Source: Candidatus Pacearchaeota archaeon (GTDB taxonomy: Archaea > Nanobdellota > Nanobdellia > Pacearchaeales > GW2011-AR1). From it: a DNA stretch of 64,000 nt. Shown here one piece after another: positions 41,933 to 51,368 of this stretch (its first letter is position 1; each line of letters opens with the position of its first letter). The notes under the pieces were generated by a model. That model saw nothing but the letters and a program-made list of their open reading frames with translations. It was not told the DNA's origin and did not search any database. The position numbers and the translations under genes were made by a program. The stretch spans positions 2,782-66,781 of the forward strand of contig JAFCEJ010000002.1 in assembly GCA_017609175.1 (NCBI GenBank). The letters are read 5' to 3'.

Positions 41933-42056
41933 GATAAGAGATGGTGTGCTGATTTTTTATAGTTTATTGTGAATCAAACTATGATTCAGTATAAGATTCA
42001 TTACAATAGAGTAATCAATTTGATATTTTTAAAATAATAAAAGAAATAAATTAAAA

Positions 42057-42614
42057 TTATTTGTAGTTTTTTAATGCTGCTTTGACATGTTTCAAAAGCT
42101 GTGTCATACTGTCTTCAAGTTGTTGTTTGTTTTTTGTTCCTGTGCAAACAAGTTTTCCATTACTAAATAAAAGAAATGTTGCATTTGGTTCTATAAGTTT
42201 ATAGACTAAACCAGGAAATTGTTCTGGTTCATATTCTGTGTTTTCTAATTCTAATGCTAAGAAATTTAAATTTAGTTTTAAGTTGATTGTTCCTGAAGCT
42301 ACTATATTTTGAACAGTGATTTTTGGTTTTACTGTTATTTTAACATTTATTTTTCTTAATTGCTTTATAACAGCGTCTATAACTTGCTTTACCTGTGCAA
42401 TTGATTTTGTTCCTGTGCAAACAAGGTTTCCGGACGAGAAAACTAACACTGCTGATTTTGGTTCTTTTATTCTAAGAACAAGTCCTGGAAAAGTTTCTGG
42501 ATTATATTCTGTATTTGGTTGAGTTCGAGCGAGTTTTGTTAAAGGAACGGGTTTTCCAAGAGATGCAGTAGCAACAATGTTCTGAACCTTATAATTGCTT
42601 TTTTCTTTGACCAT
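42057..42614 (-). CDS. tbp: TATA-box binding protein
   Basis: 185 aa with two direct repeats: VQNIVATASL...EYNPETFPGLVLRI...LVFSSGNLVCTGTKS and VQNIVASGTI...EYEPEQFPGLVYKL...LLFSNGKLVCTGTKN. Confidence 0.95.
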   Translation of the reverse strand: MVKEKSNYKVQNIVATASLGKPVPLTKLARTQPNTEYNPETFPGLVLRIKEPKSAVLVFSSGNLVCTGTKSIAQVKQVIDAVIKQLRKINVKITVKPKITVQNIVASGTINLKLNLNFLALELENTEYEPEQFPGLVYKLIEPNATFLLFSNGKLVCTGTKNKQQLEDSMTQLLKHVKAALKNYK

Positions 42615-42671
42615 TGTGCTTTTTTGTTATTTTATAATACTAAAATTATGGATTTTTTAGTTTATAAAGCT

Positions 42672-44372
42672 TTATTTCTGCTCTTCATAATCTTTTTTAA
42701 TTTCAGAAAGGGTGGAAATATCATTTGCATTTTTATCAGGACGTAATGCTGTGAATCGCGGAAATCTTAATGCAAAACCAGAACTATAATTTGGAGATTT
42801 TTGAATTTCCTGATATGTTACTGCAACGACGATTTTTGGTTTGATTTTTACTTTTTTTCCTTGTTCTTCAACTATGAGTGGTTTAATTTTTTTTGTTAAT
42901 TCATGAAATGAAACTCCCTGTTCTGTTTTTTCTTTTATTCCTGTTCCAAGTTTGCCTATTTCTAAGAATTTTTCTTTTTTCTTATCTTCATCATTTAGAC
43001 ATGCAAGAATAAAACTTGATAGCCAGCCAGAACGTTTTCCTGTGCCATATTCTGCTCCTACAATAACCAAATCCAAATCTCTTTCTTCAGGTTTGATTTT
43101 TAGCATATGGCCTACCCGGCTTCCAGGTTTGTAAGGCGCATTAAGATTTTTCATCATTATTCCTTCCTGGTTTTCTTCCAAAGCTTTTTTATAAAATTCT
43201 TCTGCTTCTTTTTCGTCGCTAGTTATTATCTGTTTTGCACTTATTATTTTGTATGGATGGTTTTTAATTATTTTCCTGAGAATTTTTGTTCTTTTTTCAA
43301 ATGGTTCTTTAATTAATGATTTTCCATTGTAATACATAATATCAAAAACATTTATTTCAACAGGGAGTTCTTTTTGGAGTTTTTCTATATCATATTTTCT
43401 TTTTATTCTTTGACTTATTTCTTGAAAAGGTTTGTAGGTTTTTGTTTTAGGATTAAAACCAACTGCTTCTGAATCAAGAATGAATGAATGACCTTTAACA
43501 TATTTTTTTACATATTCAACAACTTCTGGAAATTGTCTTGTGACATTTTCTAGTCTTCTTGTAAATAATATTATTTCTCCTTGTTTTTTGTGGATAAGGA
43601 GACGGAATCCATCGTATTTGTATTCTATTGCACAAGGTTTTCCAACTGCTTCAAAACCATCCTGTATTTTTTTTACTTTTTGGGCGAGCATTACTTTAAC
43701 AGGCTTTCCTATTTCAATTGAGATTTTTTCAAAATGTTTTAATTTTCCTTTTTTTGCGACGCTGAATACAAATGCTAAATCATTTGTTTTATCAATTGCA
43801 TCCTGTATTTGTTTTGATGCCTCTTTGCTTTTGTCAAAGAATGCTTCAGCCATAGCTTCCCTTATTGTGCTTTCTTTTATTCCAATTCTTAAATCTCCAA
43901 TTAATGTTCTTGTTAGATATAATGCTTCTTTTGGTTTTGCAGATGTTAATAATTCTGTAATTAAAGCAATTTTTTTATCTACTGTTCCTTTTCCCTCGAG
44001 TTCTGGGAGTTTTCTTAAATTTGTTAATACTTTTTCTGTTGTTAGAATATGGCTGTGTAATGTTGATTGTTTTTTTTCCGCAATTAATAATTCTGCGACT
44101 TGGCCGATATCTCCAATTGATTTCCATTTTTTTACAATTTGTGTAGTGTTTATTCCTGTTGCTTTTGAAATTGCTTTTATTGCAAGCTGGTTGCTGATTC
44201 CTATTTTCTTTTCACTATACTCTGGATAGATGTCTCCTAAAAGAAGATATAAAACATCTTTGTCGTCTTCTGGAAGATATCTTAAAAATTTTGAAAGAAT
44301 CTTTATTTTTTCTAAACGTTTTGTTGTTGAAGAAAGTTGTTCATACACCTCTACAAGTTTTGAGTATCTCAT
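42672..44372 (-). CDS. lig: ATP-dependent DNA ligase
   Basis: 566 aa; adenylation motif I EYKYDGFRL (KxDG), motif IV/V region EGIMMK, OB domain motif LRFPRF. Confidence 0.95.
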   Translation of the reverse strand: MRYSKLVEVYEQLSSTTKRLEKIKILSKFLRYLPEDDKDVLYLLLGDIYPEYSEKKIGISNQLAIKAISKATGINTTQIVKKWKSIGDIGQVAELLIAEKKQSTLHSHILTTEKVLTNLRKLPELEGKGTVDKKIALITELLTSAKPKEALYLTRTLIGDLRIGIKESTIREAMAEAFFDKSKEASKQIQDAIDKTNDLAFVFSVAKKGKLKHFEKISIEIGKPVKVMLAQKVKKIQDGFEAVGKPCAIEYKYDGFRLLIHKKQGEIILFTRRLENVTRQFPEVVEYVKKYVKGHSFILDSEAVGFNPKTKTYKPFQEISQRIKRKYDIEKLQKELPVEINVFDIMYYNGKSLIKEPFEKRTKILRKIIKNHPYKIISAKQIITSDEKEAEEFYKKALEENQEGIMMKNLNAPYKPGSRVGHMLKIKPEERDLDLVIVGAEYGTGKRSGWLSSFILACLNDEDKKKEKFLEIGKLGTGIKEKTEQGVSFHELTKKIKPLIVEEQGKKVKIKPKIVVAVTYQEIQKSPNYSSGFALRFPRFTALRPDKNANDISTLSEIKKDYEEQK

Positions 44373-44417
44373 TTTATTCTTTATTAATTAAGAAGAAATT
44401 GTATTTAAATTTACCTT

Positions 44418-44999
44418 TCAATATTCTTCACATAATCTTTGATAAAAAGATTGAGCATGGTCACAAGAAGGACATTTTATTGGTGCTTCTTTACCATAAT
44501 GAACATATCCACATTCTCTGCAAACCCAATAAATTTCTTTATCTTTTTTGAAAACACTATTTTCTTTAATTTCTTTTAAAAGTTTTTTATATCTTTTTTC
44601 ATGGTGTTCTTCTGCTTTTGCAATTGCTCTCAATCTTGCAGCGATTTTTGGAAGATTTTCTTTTTCTGCAATATCTGCAAATTCAGGATACATTTTGGTA
44701 TGTTCATAATTTTCTCCATTAATTGCAGAACTTAAATTTTCTTCGGTATTTCCGTATGTTGTCGGTGCAACATCTTCTACTTTTATCTCTTTATTATTTC
44801 CTAATTCTTTTTTTAATTCTTGAATATGTTCAAATAATCTTTTAGCATGTTCTTTTTCATTTTCTGCAGTTATTAAAAAAATTTCTGCAATTTGCTCATA
44901 ACCTTCTTTTTTAGCAATTTTTGCATAAAAAGTATATCTGTTTCTTGCTTGGCTTTCGCCAATAAACGCTTTTGTTAAATTTTTAATTGTTTCTTTCAT
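44418..44999 (-). CDS. rbr: rubrerythrin
   Basis: Di-iron ExxH motifs (EKEHAKR, EEHHEKR) plus C-terminal rubredoxin-like WVCRECGY...CPSC. Confidence 0.9.
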   Translation of the reverse strand: MKETIKNLTKAFIGESQARNRYTFYAKIAKKEGYEQIAEIFLITAENEKEHAKRLFEHIQELKKELGNNKEIKVEDVAPTTYGNTEENLSSAINGENYEHTKMYPEFADIAEKENLPKIAARLRAIAKAEEHHEKRYKKLLKEIKENSVFKKDKEIYWVCRECGYVHYGKEAPIKCPSCDHAQSFYQRLCEEY

Positions 45000-45008
45000 T
45001 TTTTAGAA

Positions 45009-46451
45009 TTAATATTGTTGATTTCTCCTTCTTGCTACAAGATATAATAATAGTATTATGAAAACAATTAAAATTACTGTTAAGACCAATATATAAACCC
45101 ATATTTTATTGTTATTGTCTTCTTCTTCCTCTTCTCCTAAATCTTCTCTTTGAGTTTTTCTTGCTTTATTGATTGTTTCTCTTTTTGTTACCTGTTCCTT
45201 TGAGGTTACTTTTTCTTTAATTTCCTTGACTTTTATTTCTGCTCTGTTTGTTTTTATTTTCTTTACAGTTACTAAAAGGTCATAATAACCATTGTTTGTA
45301 AGGTCAAACTTTGTAGAGTCTCCTTCTTCAAGGATTGCCTTTTGGGTTTTTGATGACACCTCTATTTCTACGGTATTTTTGGTTATCTTAATGACTTCAA
45401 AAGTGTGGTATTTAATCTTGCCATCTTTTTCTTTAAGTTTGAATTTTATTTGTTCACCTTCTTTTAATTCTTTGGTATATCCTTCTTTAAATTGTGAGCT
45501 TTTTATATAATAAGGGCTTTTGTCTTCGTGTGATGATTCATTCGGAGTAGATTTATTTTGAGGAGATTGTTTTTGTGGTACTGTATAACATGCTTGCGCA
45601 GCTTCATTGTATCCATATTTACAACAACAGCCAAATGTATCTGCATTTCCACAGGTTTCATCTAGGCTACTATCTTTAGCCCATTCAAATCCTTTTGCTT
45701 CACACGATGCTTTTGGATTTACAGATTCTTCACCACAAATTGTATAATTTACATCTCCGCATGTTCTTGGTTTTGATGCTGAATTGTAGATGTCCATATC
45801 AAGCTGATTAACTGTTCCATCCTGGTTTATGTCTGCACAATCACACCAATCAGGGCTTGAACATTCTTGAGCTTCTACCATCCATGTTTGAATTATTTTT
45901 TTATCAGTGTCGTTTATTTTTTTATCTTTATTTACATCTGCATTATTTTTTATACAATTAGATGTTGTTTGAGTTTGAATAACTTCTCCACAACATTCGT
46001 ATCCTTCTTCATTGCATGATAAGTCTAAAAACTCTCTATTTAGTTTTGTACAAGAGTTTCCTGGAACTCCTGAAGGATCTTCTGGAAAACATTCTCCTCC
46101 TCCTTGATCACACGGACTATTAAAACCAACTACTTTTGCTGTTCCTGATGAACAATCTGTTCTATTATAATTAACGGCAATTATATTGAAATCAGTATTA
46201 TCAACTATTTCATCCTTGTTTATGTCTGCTCCATTACACCAACTGGGGCCTTCACAATTTTCCCCATAATGTGCACTGAAAATTGTATAATCAATATCGT
46301 TAACAACACCATCTTGATTTATATCTGCTCCTTGGCACCAATCTTCTGAAATAACATTCCCAGTCATTTCAAATTGTAGAACGAATAATGATAATGCGGT
46401 TAATACGAATACTGTTATAAAAAATGCTGTTTGTTTATTTCCTCTTTTCAT
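45009..46451 (-). CDS. Cys-rich cell-surface protein with four dockerin-like Ca-binding repeats and a C-terminal TM anchor
   Basis: N-terminal signal/TM. Repeats ADINQDGVVNDIDY, ADINKDEIVDNTDF, ADVNKDKKINDTDK, ADINQDGTVNQLDM (DxNxDGxxNxxD). C-terminal IWVYILVLTVILIVFIILLLYLVA followed by RRRNQ. Confidence 0.6.
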   Translation of the reverse strand: MKRGNKQTAFFITVFVLTALSLFVLQFEMTGNVISEDWCQGADINQDGVVNDIDYTIFSAHYGENCEGPSWCNGADINKDEIVDNTDFNIIAVNYNRTDCSSGTAKVVGFNSPCDQGGGECFPEDPSGVPGNSCTKLNREFLDLSCNEEGYECCGEVIQTQTTSNCIKNNADVNKDKKINDTDKKIIQTWMVEAQECSSPDWCDCADINQDGTVNQLDMDIYNSASKPRTCGDVNYTICGEESVNPKASCEAKGFEWAKDSSLDETCGNADTFGCCCKYGYNEAAQACYTVPQKQSPQNKSTPNESSHEDKSPYYIKSSQFKEGYTKELKEGEQIKFKLKEKDGKIKYHTFEVIKITKNTVEIEVSSKTQKAILEEGDSTKFDLTNNGYYDLLVTVKKIKTNRAEIKVKEIKEKVTSKEQVTKRETINKARKTQREDLGEEEEEDNNNKIWVYILVLTVILIVFIILLLYLVARRRNQQY

Positions 46452-46498
46452 TGTAGATATTAGGAAATCTTTATTTAAAAAACTTTTTAATTTGGAGT

Positions 46499-47071
46499 TT
46501 ATTTTCCTTTTCGTCCTCTGGCCCTAATACTTGGACGAACTTTCATTTGTCGTGATTTTTTTCTAAGTCCTCTTGATTTTTTTGCAGCACTTGTCAGGCC
46601 TCTTAAAGCTCTTTTTTTATTTGCTGGTCTACAAATCCAATTTATTGTTTTATCATTTTTTATTTCTGGTTTGTTTGGGTCAACCATAATAACTTCATAG
46701 AAATAATTTACACCATCTTTTCCTATTTGGTAAGAATTTAGAACTTCTAAATTTTTATATTTTCTTGCAACTCTTTGTTCTGCAATCCATTTATAATTCA
46801 TTTTTAGAGTTTTTCTTGTATGTAATCTTTTGCTTCGTCTTCCTTTGTTTGGACGAGGTCTTTTATGTCCTCCTCTTTTTATTCTTACTCTAATTATTAC
46901 AAAACCTTTTTTGTCTTTGTATCCAAGGGCTCTTGCTTTGTCGAGTCTTAGTGGTTTGTCGACTTTTGTGAAAACACCTGATTTTCTCCACTCAATCATC
47001 CGTTCTCTAAGAGTTTTTTCATCTGGTTTTTTCCATGCTTCTTTTAAATAATGATATAATCCCTTTACCAT
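46499..47071 (-). CDS. rpl15e: 50S ribosomal protein L15e
   Basis: MVKGLYHYLKEAWKKP N-terminus and a basic RGGHKRPRPNKGRRSKR block typical of L15e. Confidence 0.9.
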   Translation of the reverse strand: MVKGLYHYLKEAWKKPDEKTLRERMIEWRKSGVFTKVDKPLRLDKARALGYKDKKGFVIIRVRIKRGGHKRPRPNKGRRSKRLHTRKTLKMNYKWIAEQRVARKYKNLEVLNSYQIGKDGVNYFYEVIMVDPNKPEIKNDKTINWICRPANKKRALRGLTSAAKKSRGLRKKSRQMKVRPSIRARGRKGK

Positions 47072-47163
47072 TTTAATCTCTTCATTAAAGACTTTATAAA
47101 TTTAATGGGCTCATAGCCTCGTTCAGTTAGTAAAATAAATTACTCCTTCGCGAAACTACTCGA

Positions 47164-47277
47164 TGAGGCTGCACGGATTTGAACCGTGGACCCCTGCCTG
47201 TCTAATGATTTATCTTCTTTTTGAGAAAATAAATCCCTTATCAGAGCAGTGCTCTAACCTGGCTGAGCTACAGCCTC
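47164..47277 (-). tRNA. tRNA-Ile (anticodon GAT) with ~39-nt intron at 37/38
   Basis: Reverse complement: acceptor GAGGCTG/CAGCCTC, D arm GCTC-AGCCAGGTTA-GAGC, anticodon stem CTGCT/GGCAG, loop CTGATA|A, T arm CACGG-TTCAAAT-CCGTG. The intron contains a 7-bp helix GATTTAT/ATAAATC. Confidence 0.8.
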
Positions 47278-47317
47278 ATAAGATTTTTAGATATGAATTA
47301 TTTATAAAAGTTATGAA

Positions 47318-48001
47318 TTAGTTTTTATTTTCTAATTCAAGAATTAGTTTTCCTTTTTCTAATTTTTGACTTATTATTGGGAAATTTAGGGGGATTAATT
47401 TGAAGTATGCTTTGTCTTTGCCAATAGCCTTTACTTCAATACTATTTTCAAGCGGAATTATTGAAATATCTCTTATTGATTTGACTCCGGGCATATTTAT
47501 TTCATAAATTATTTTGTTTGACAATCTCCTGATGTTTGTTGATGGTTCTTTTTTTGGGAGTTTTGATAATTTTTTTAATTTACTTTCTGGTAATTCTATT
47601 TTTTTTATTTGTTTTTTTACTTGTTGTTCTTGTTGTTGGGATTTTTGAATGTTGCCAAATGATTTTACCTTTATTTTTGGTGGTTTGTTTCCAAACGACG
47701 AAATACTAATGCTAATTCCTCCTGAATGAAAGTTCTTTTCTGGTTTTTGCTGTTTTATTTTTTCCCTGCCGAGTTCTTTGTCTAATTGCTGAAATTCTTT
47801 TTCAAGACTTTTTACTAAACTATTAAAAATTGTATTAAAAGGGATTGGAAGTTTTATTTCAGTTGTCATAGGTGTGAGGTCATCTTTTCCTAACATCCCC
47901 CAATCTTCTTCGTCTTCAAATTTATTGCCACATCTAGGACAGAAATCAAAATTTTTATTTACTTTTTCTCCGCACCGTTTGCATTTTTTCTTATTGAACA
48001 T
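47318..48001 (-). CDS. zinc-ribbon protein with C-terminal alpha-crystallin (sHSP/Hsp20)-like domain
   Basis: N-terminal CKRCG...CPRCG. The C-terminal ~80 aa (IIYEINMPGVKSIRDISIIPLENSIEVKA...YFKLIPLNFPI...GKLILELE) follows the ACD pattern. Confidence 0.5.
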   Translation of the reverse strand: MFNKKKCKRCGEKVNKNFDFCPRCGNKFEDEEDWGMLGKDDLTPMTTEIKLPIPFNTIFNSLVKSLEKEFQQLDKELGREKIKQQKPEKNFHSGGISISISSFGNKPPKIKVKSFGNIQKSQQQEQQVKKQIKKIELPESKLKKLSKLPKKEPSTNIRRLSNKIIYEINMPGVKSIRDISIIPLENSIEVKAIGKDKAYFKLIPLNFPIISQKLEKGKLILELENKN

Positions 48002-48039
48002 AACTTAATATACGCGTATTTCTTTATAAGTTTTTGGTA

Positions 48040-49422
48040 TTATTCTTCTAAATATTTCTTTATTGACATTATTTGATGGGCTTCTTCAGAAAGAGTTGTT
48101 GGACCTTCTTTAAGGATTAAGTTTTTGAATACTTTTTTGTTACTGAATTTTTCTGTTCTTCTAACTTCTTTTAATTTGGGTATTGATATAAACACAATAC
48201 CCATTCTGATTAGAGCACTTATAATAAATATTAAGAAAAGTGGTTCTATGAAACTTATTGTTAAATATTTTATAAGGATTGCTCCAAGTCCAGCTCCGAA
48301 AAATATGCCTATACCATGAAGCATATTGTTATATGAAACAGCTAATCCTCTCTTTTGTGCACTTACATTATCATATATATAATTATTAGTAGATAAATTA
48401 AATCCTGCCCAAGAGATTCCTCCTATGAGTGACGGAACTAATATTAAATAGACTGGTGATGAGTTAAGAATCCATAAAATGGGGATTGTGGGTATTAGCA
48501 AGGTTGTGATACACATAACTTTATAATTTCCATATTTGTCTGCAAACTTTCCCCATAGTTCCATGACCATAATTGAAAAAAATGTTCCTGATAAAATTAC
48601 CATCATGTAAGTTACATAACTGAATTTTAAATATCTAAGAAGATATACTGTAATTAAAGCAGAAGATATTGAGGTCGCAAATCCTATTAGTGCTCTAAAA
48701 ATTGTGAATCTTCCAAAATTATTTTTAGGAGCTCTTCTTAAAAAATCCCAGAAAGAAAAATAATAACCTTTTTTTAATTTTATCTTTGGCTCGTATTGTT
48801 TTTGAAAAATTCTTAATGAGGCGAACCGTGCTATAAATGCTAATGAAAATAAAATAATAAAACCAAACATAATATTATGGTTCTTTTTGAAATAATCTAA
48901 GAAAAATGCTGCAATAATTGTTAAAATTATTGTTACAAAACCTAATATTAGATTTCTTTTTCCAAACCATCTTCCCCGGTATTCTTCATCTACAATGTCA
49001 CCCATCCATGAAAACCAGGCAGGATATGCCAGATTTCCCGATATAACATATATTGCAAAAAATAATAAAAGTAGTAAAGGGAGAATATTTATTATAATTC
49101 CTTTATAAAACAGATAAGCTATTATTGCCAAAGGCAACCACATTATTGCTTCCCAAAAAATAGTTTTTATAACAATTTTTTTTCTAGGATATTTTTCTAT
49201 AAATCTTGAGCCAAACAATTGGCTTAAAGGTCCGAGCAAACCTTGGATTGAACTTAACATTGCAACCATTGAATTACTTGAATTGATTGCGATTGCGAAT
49301 GGAGAGATATAATTAAATCCAAAAGAATCTTTTATTCTCGCGAAAATTCCTTCTTTAATGCTTTTCCTTCTTGCTTGGTGTTTTAATTCCCTAATTCGCG
49401 GAGATTCTTTTTTCTTTTTCAT
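48040..49422 (-). CDS. major facilitator superfamily transporter
   Basis: 460 aa, about 12 TM helices with a central loop; MFS-like D/ExxGRR motif region (EEYRGRWFGKRN). Confidence 0.75.
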   Translation of the reverse strand: MKKKKESPRIRELKHQARRKSIKEGIFARIKDSFGFNYISPFAIAINSSNSMVAMLSSIQGLLGPLSQLFGSRFIEKYPRKKIVIKTIFWEAIMWLPLAIIAYLFYKGIIINILPLLLLLFFAIYVISGNLAYPAWFSWMGDIVDEEYRGRWFGKRNLILGFVTIILTIIAAFFLDYFKKNHNIMFGFIILFSLAFIARFASLRIFQKQYEPKIKLKKGYYFSFWDFLRRAPKNNFGRFTIFRALIGFATSISSALITVYLLRYLKFSYVTYMMVILSGTFFSIMVMELWGKFADKYGNYKVMCITTLLIPTIPILWILNSSPVYLILVPSLIGGISWAGFNLSTNNYIYDNVSAQKRGLAVSYNNMLHGIGIFFGAGLGAILIKYLTISFIEPLFLIFIISALIRMGIVFISIPKLKEVRRTEKFSNKKVFKNLILKEGPTTLSEEAHQIMSIKKYLEE

Positions 49423-49480
49423 CCTCTTTTGTTTAGGCTGTTACAATAATTAATTTAAAGTATTTTGTATTTTAAAATCT

Positions 49481-49828
49481 ATGGATAAAAAACAGCAGGT
49501 TAGATATAATTTTAGACGGTCAAAAAGGAATGAAGAGTGTTTGGAATGGTTTTTCCTAATTGTTAATCAAAATAGGGAAATAGAAGAAATTAAGAATAGG
49601 ATTTATTATCTTTTTGCTCCGATAGAAGAAGAATCTGTGCCAATTGTAGGGGTTGTGAAGGGAAATAGATTAAAATATGAATTAATTAATTTTGAATCAA
49701 GAAAAAAAGTTGAGCTATATAATTTTAAAAGATTTATTTTTAAAAGAATAATAAAAGATGCCAAACTTTACCATAGGGAGGATGTTGATGGTTTGGCTAA
49801 TTATCTTATAGGGCAATTAGAAAAATGA
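49481..49828 (+). CDS. hypothetical protein
   Basis: 115-aa ORF upstream of metG; no motif recognised. Confidence 0.35.
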   Translation: MDKKQQVRYNFRRSKRNEECLEWFFLIVNQNREIEEIKNRIYYLFAPIEEESVPIVGVVKGNRLKYELINFESRKKVELYNFKRFIFKRIIKDAKLYHREDVDGLANYLIGQLEK

Positions 49829-49862
49829 TTAGTTTTTTATATCTTCTTTTTTTGTTTGTAAT

Positions 49863-51368
49863 ATGGCAGCACAAAATTTAAAGAAAAATTTTGGTGCCAC
49901 GAAATCAGGTCGTGCCTATACACGACAGAGCAACAGGATTTCGCTGGCAAAAAGGAAATTTTATGTAACGACTCCGATATATTATCCCAATGATATTCCT
50001 CATATCGGACATGCATACACAACAATCGTAGCAGATGTTATTTCTAGATGGAACCAATTAAAATTTGGCAAAGAAAATGTTTTCTTTTTGACCGGAACTG
50101 ATGAGCATGGTAAAAAGATAGAACAGGCAGCTAAGAAGAAAGATAAAAGACCAAAAGAATTTGTCGACGAATTAATTCCAAAATTTAAAAATGCATGGCA
50201 AAAATTAAATATAAAATATAATCGATTTATTAGAACAACTGATAAAGACCATGAAAAAGTTGTGAAAGAAATTTTGCAGAGAGTTTATGATAATGGTGAT
50301 ATTTATAAGGGGGAATATGAGGGATTTTATTGCACTGGTTGTGAAGCTTATTATACTGAAAAAGATTTAGTTGATGGTTGTTGTCCTATCCATAAAACTA
50401 AAATAGAAAAATTAAAAGAGCCAAGCTATTTCTTTAGGCTTAGCAAATATCAGGATAAATTACTCAAATTATATAAAGAGAATCCGGATTTTATTTCTCC
50501 GCAACATAGAAGAAAAGAAGTAATAAATCGTGTGAAAGAAGGATTAAAAGATTTAAGTATTTCACGAAATAGTTTTAAGTGGGGAATCCAACTTCCGTTT
50601 GATAATACCCATATCGCTTATGTTTGGTTTGACGCTCTTTTTAATTATGTTTCTGGAGTGAAATATTTAGATGATAAAAAATTATTTGAGAAATTCTGGC
50701 CCGCAGATGTTCATCTAATTGGGAAGGATATCTTGTGGTTTCATGCAGTTTATTGGCCTGCTTTTTTGCTTTCAGCCGGAATTAGTCTTCCGAAAAAAAT
50801 TTTTGCCCATGGTTGGTGGACTTTTGACAAAGAGAAAATTTCAAAATCAAGAGGGAAGGTTATCAATGTTGATGAATTGATTGCGATTGCAGGAGTTGAT
50901 TCAGCAAGATATTTCTTATTGAGAGCAACACCTTTTGGGGATGACGGAGATTTTAGCGAGAAAGCGTTAATTGAGAGACATAATAATGAGTTAGCAAATA
51001 AACTTGGGAATTTAGTTTCAAGAGTTGCTGGTTTGATTGAAAAAAATGGTGTAACTAAATGTGAAAATAAATTAATTAAAAAATTGAAGATTAATAAAAT
51101 AGAAACTTTGTTTGATAATTATGAATTTGATAAGGTTTTGAATGAAATCTTTGCATTTATTGATGTTTGTAATGAGTATATTCAGAAGAAGAAACCTTGG
51201 GAGATAAAAGACACAAAAATTCTTTATGAATTGAAAGAGTCAATTTTGAAAATTGCTCAATTGCTTTGGCCATTTATTCCAGAGACAAGTGAAAAAATAA
51301 CAAAACAATTTAGTGCAGAAAAAATTAAAAAAGGAGAAATTTTATTTAGGAAAATAGAGAATGGTTGA
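49863..51368 (+). CDS. metG: methionyl-tRNA synthetase core (bacterial short-type, no C-terminal tRNA-binding domain)
   Basis: FYVTTPIYYPNDIPHIGHAYTTIVADV...FFLTGTDEHGKKIEQAA and KISKSRG; four-Cys knuckle CTGCEAY...CCPIH. Confidence 0.95.
   Translation: MAAQNLKKNFGATKSGRAYTRQSNRISLAKRKFYVTTPIYYPNDIPHIGHAYTTIVADVISRWNQLKFGKENVFFLTGTDEHGKKIEQAAKKKDKRPKEFVDELIPKFKNAWQKLNIKYNRFIRTTDKDHEKVVKEILQRVYDNGDIYKGEYEGFYCTGCEAYYTEKDLVDGCCPIHKTKIEKLKEPSYFFRLSKYQDKLLKLYKENPDFISPQHRRKEVINRVKEGLKDLSISRNSFKWGIQLPFDNTHIAYVWFDALFNYVSGVKYLDDKKLFEKFWPADVHLIGKDILWFHAVYWPAFLLSAGISLPKKIFAHGWWTFDKEKISKSRGKVINVDELIAIAGVDSARYFLLRATPFGDDGDFSEKALIERHNNELANKLGNLVSRVAGLIEKNGVTKCENKLIKKLKINKIETLFDNYEFDKVLNEIFAFIDVCNEYIQKKKPWEIKDTKILYELKESILKIAQLLWPFIPETSEKITKQFSAEKIKKGEILFRKIENG

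Noticed and set aside
43540-44229. 229-aa plus-strand ORF antisense to the DNA ligase gene
   Set aside because: It lies wholly inside the ligase CDS. The F/S/I-rich translation is typical of the antisense of a K/E-rich AT-rich gene. The same reasoning applies to 3399-3995, 6908-7252, 7346-8101, 10818-11192, 41086-41451 and the other short antisense ORFs in the track.
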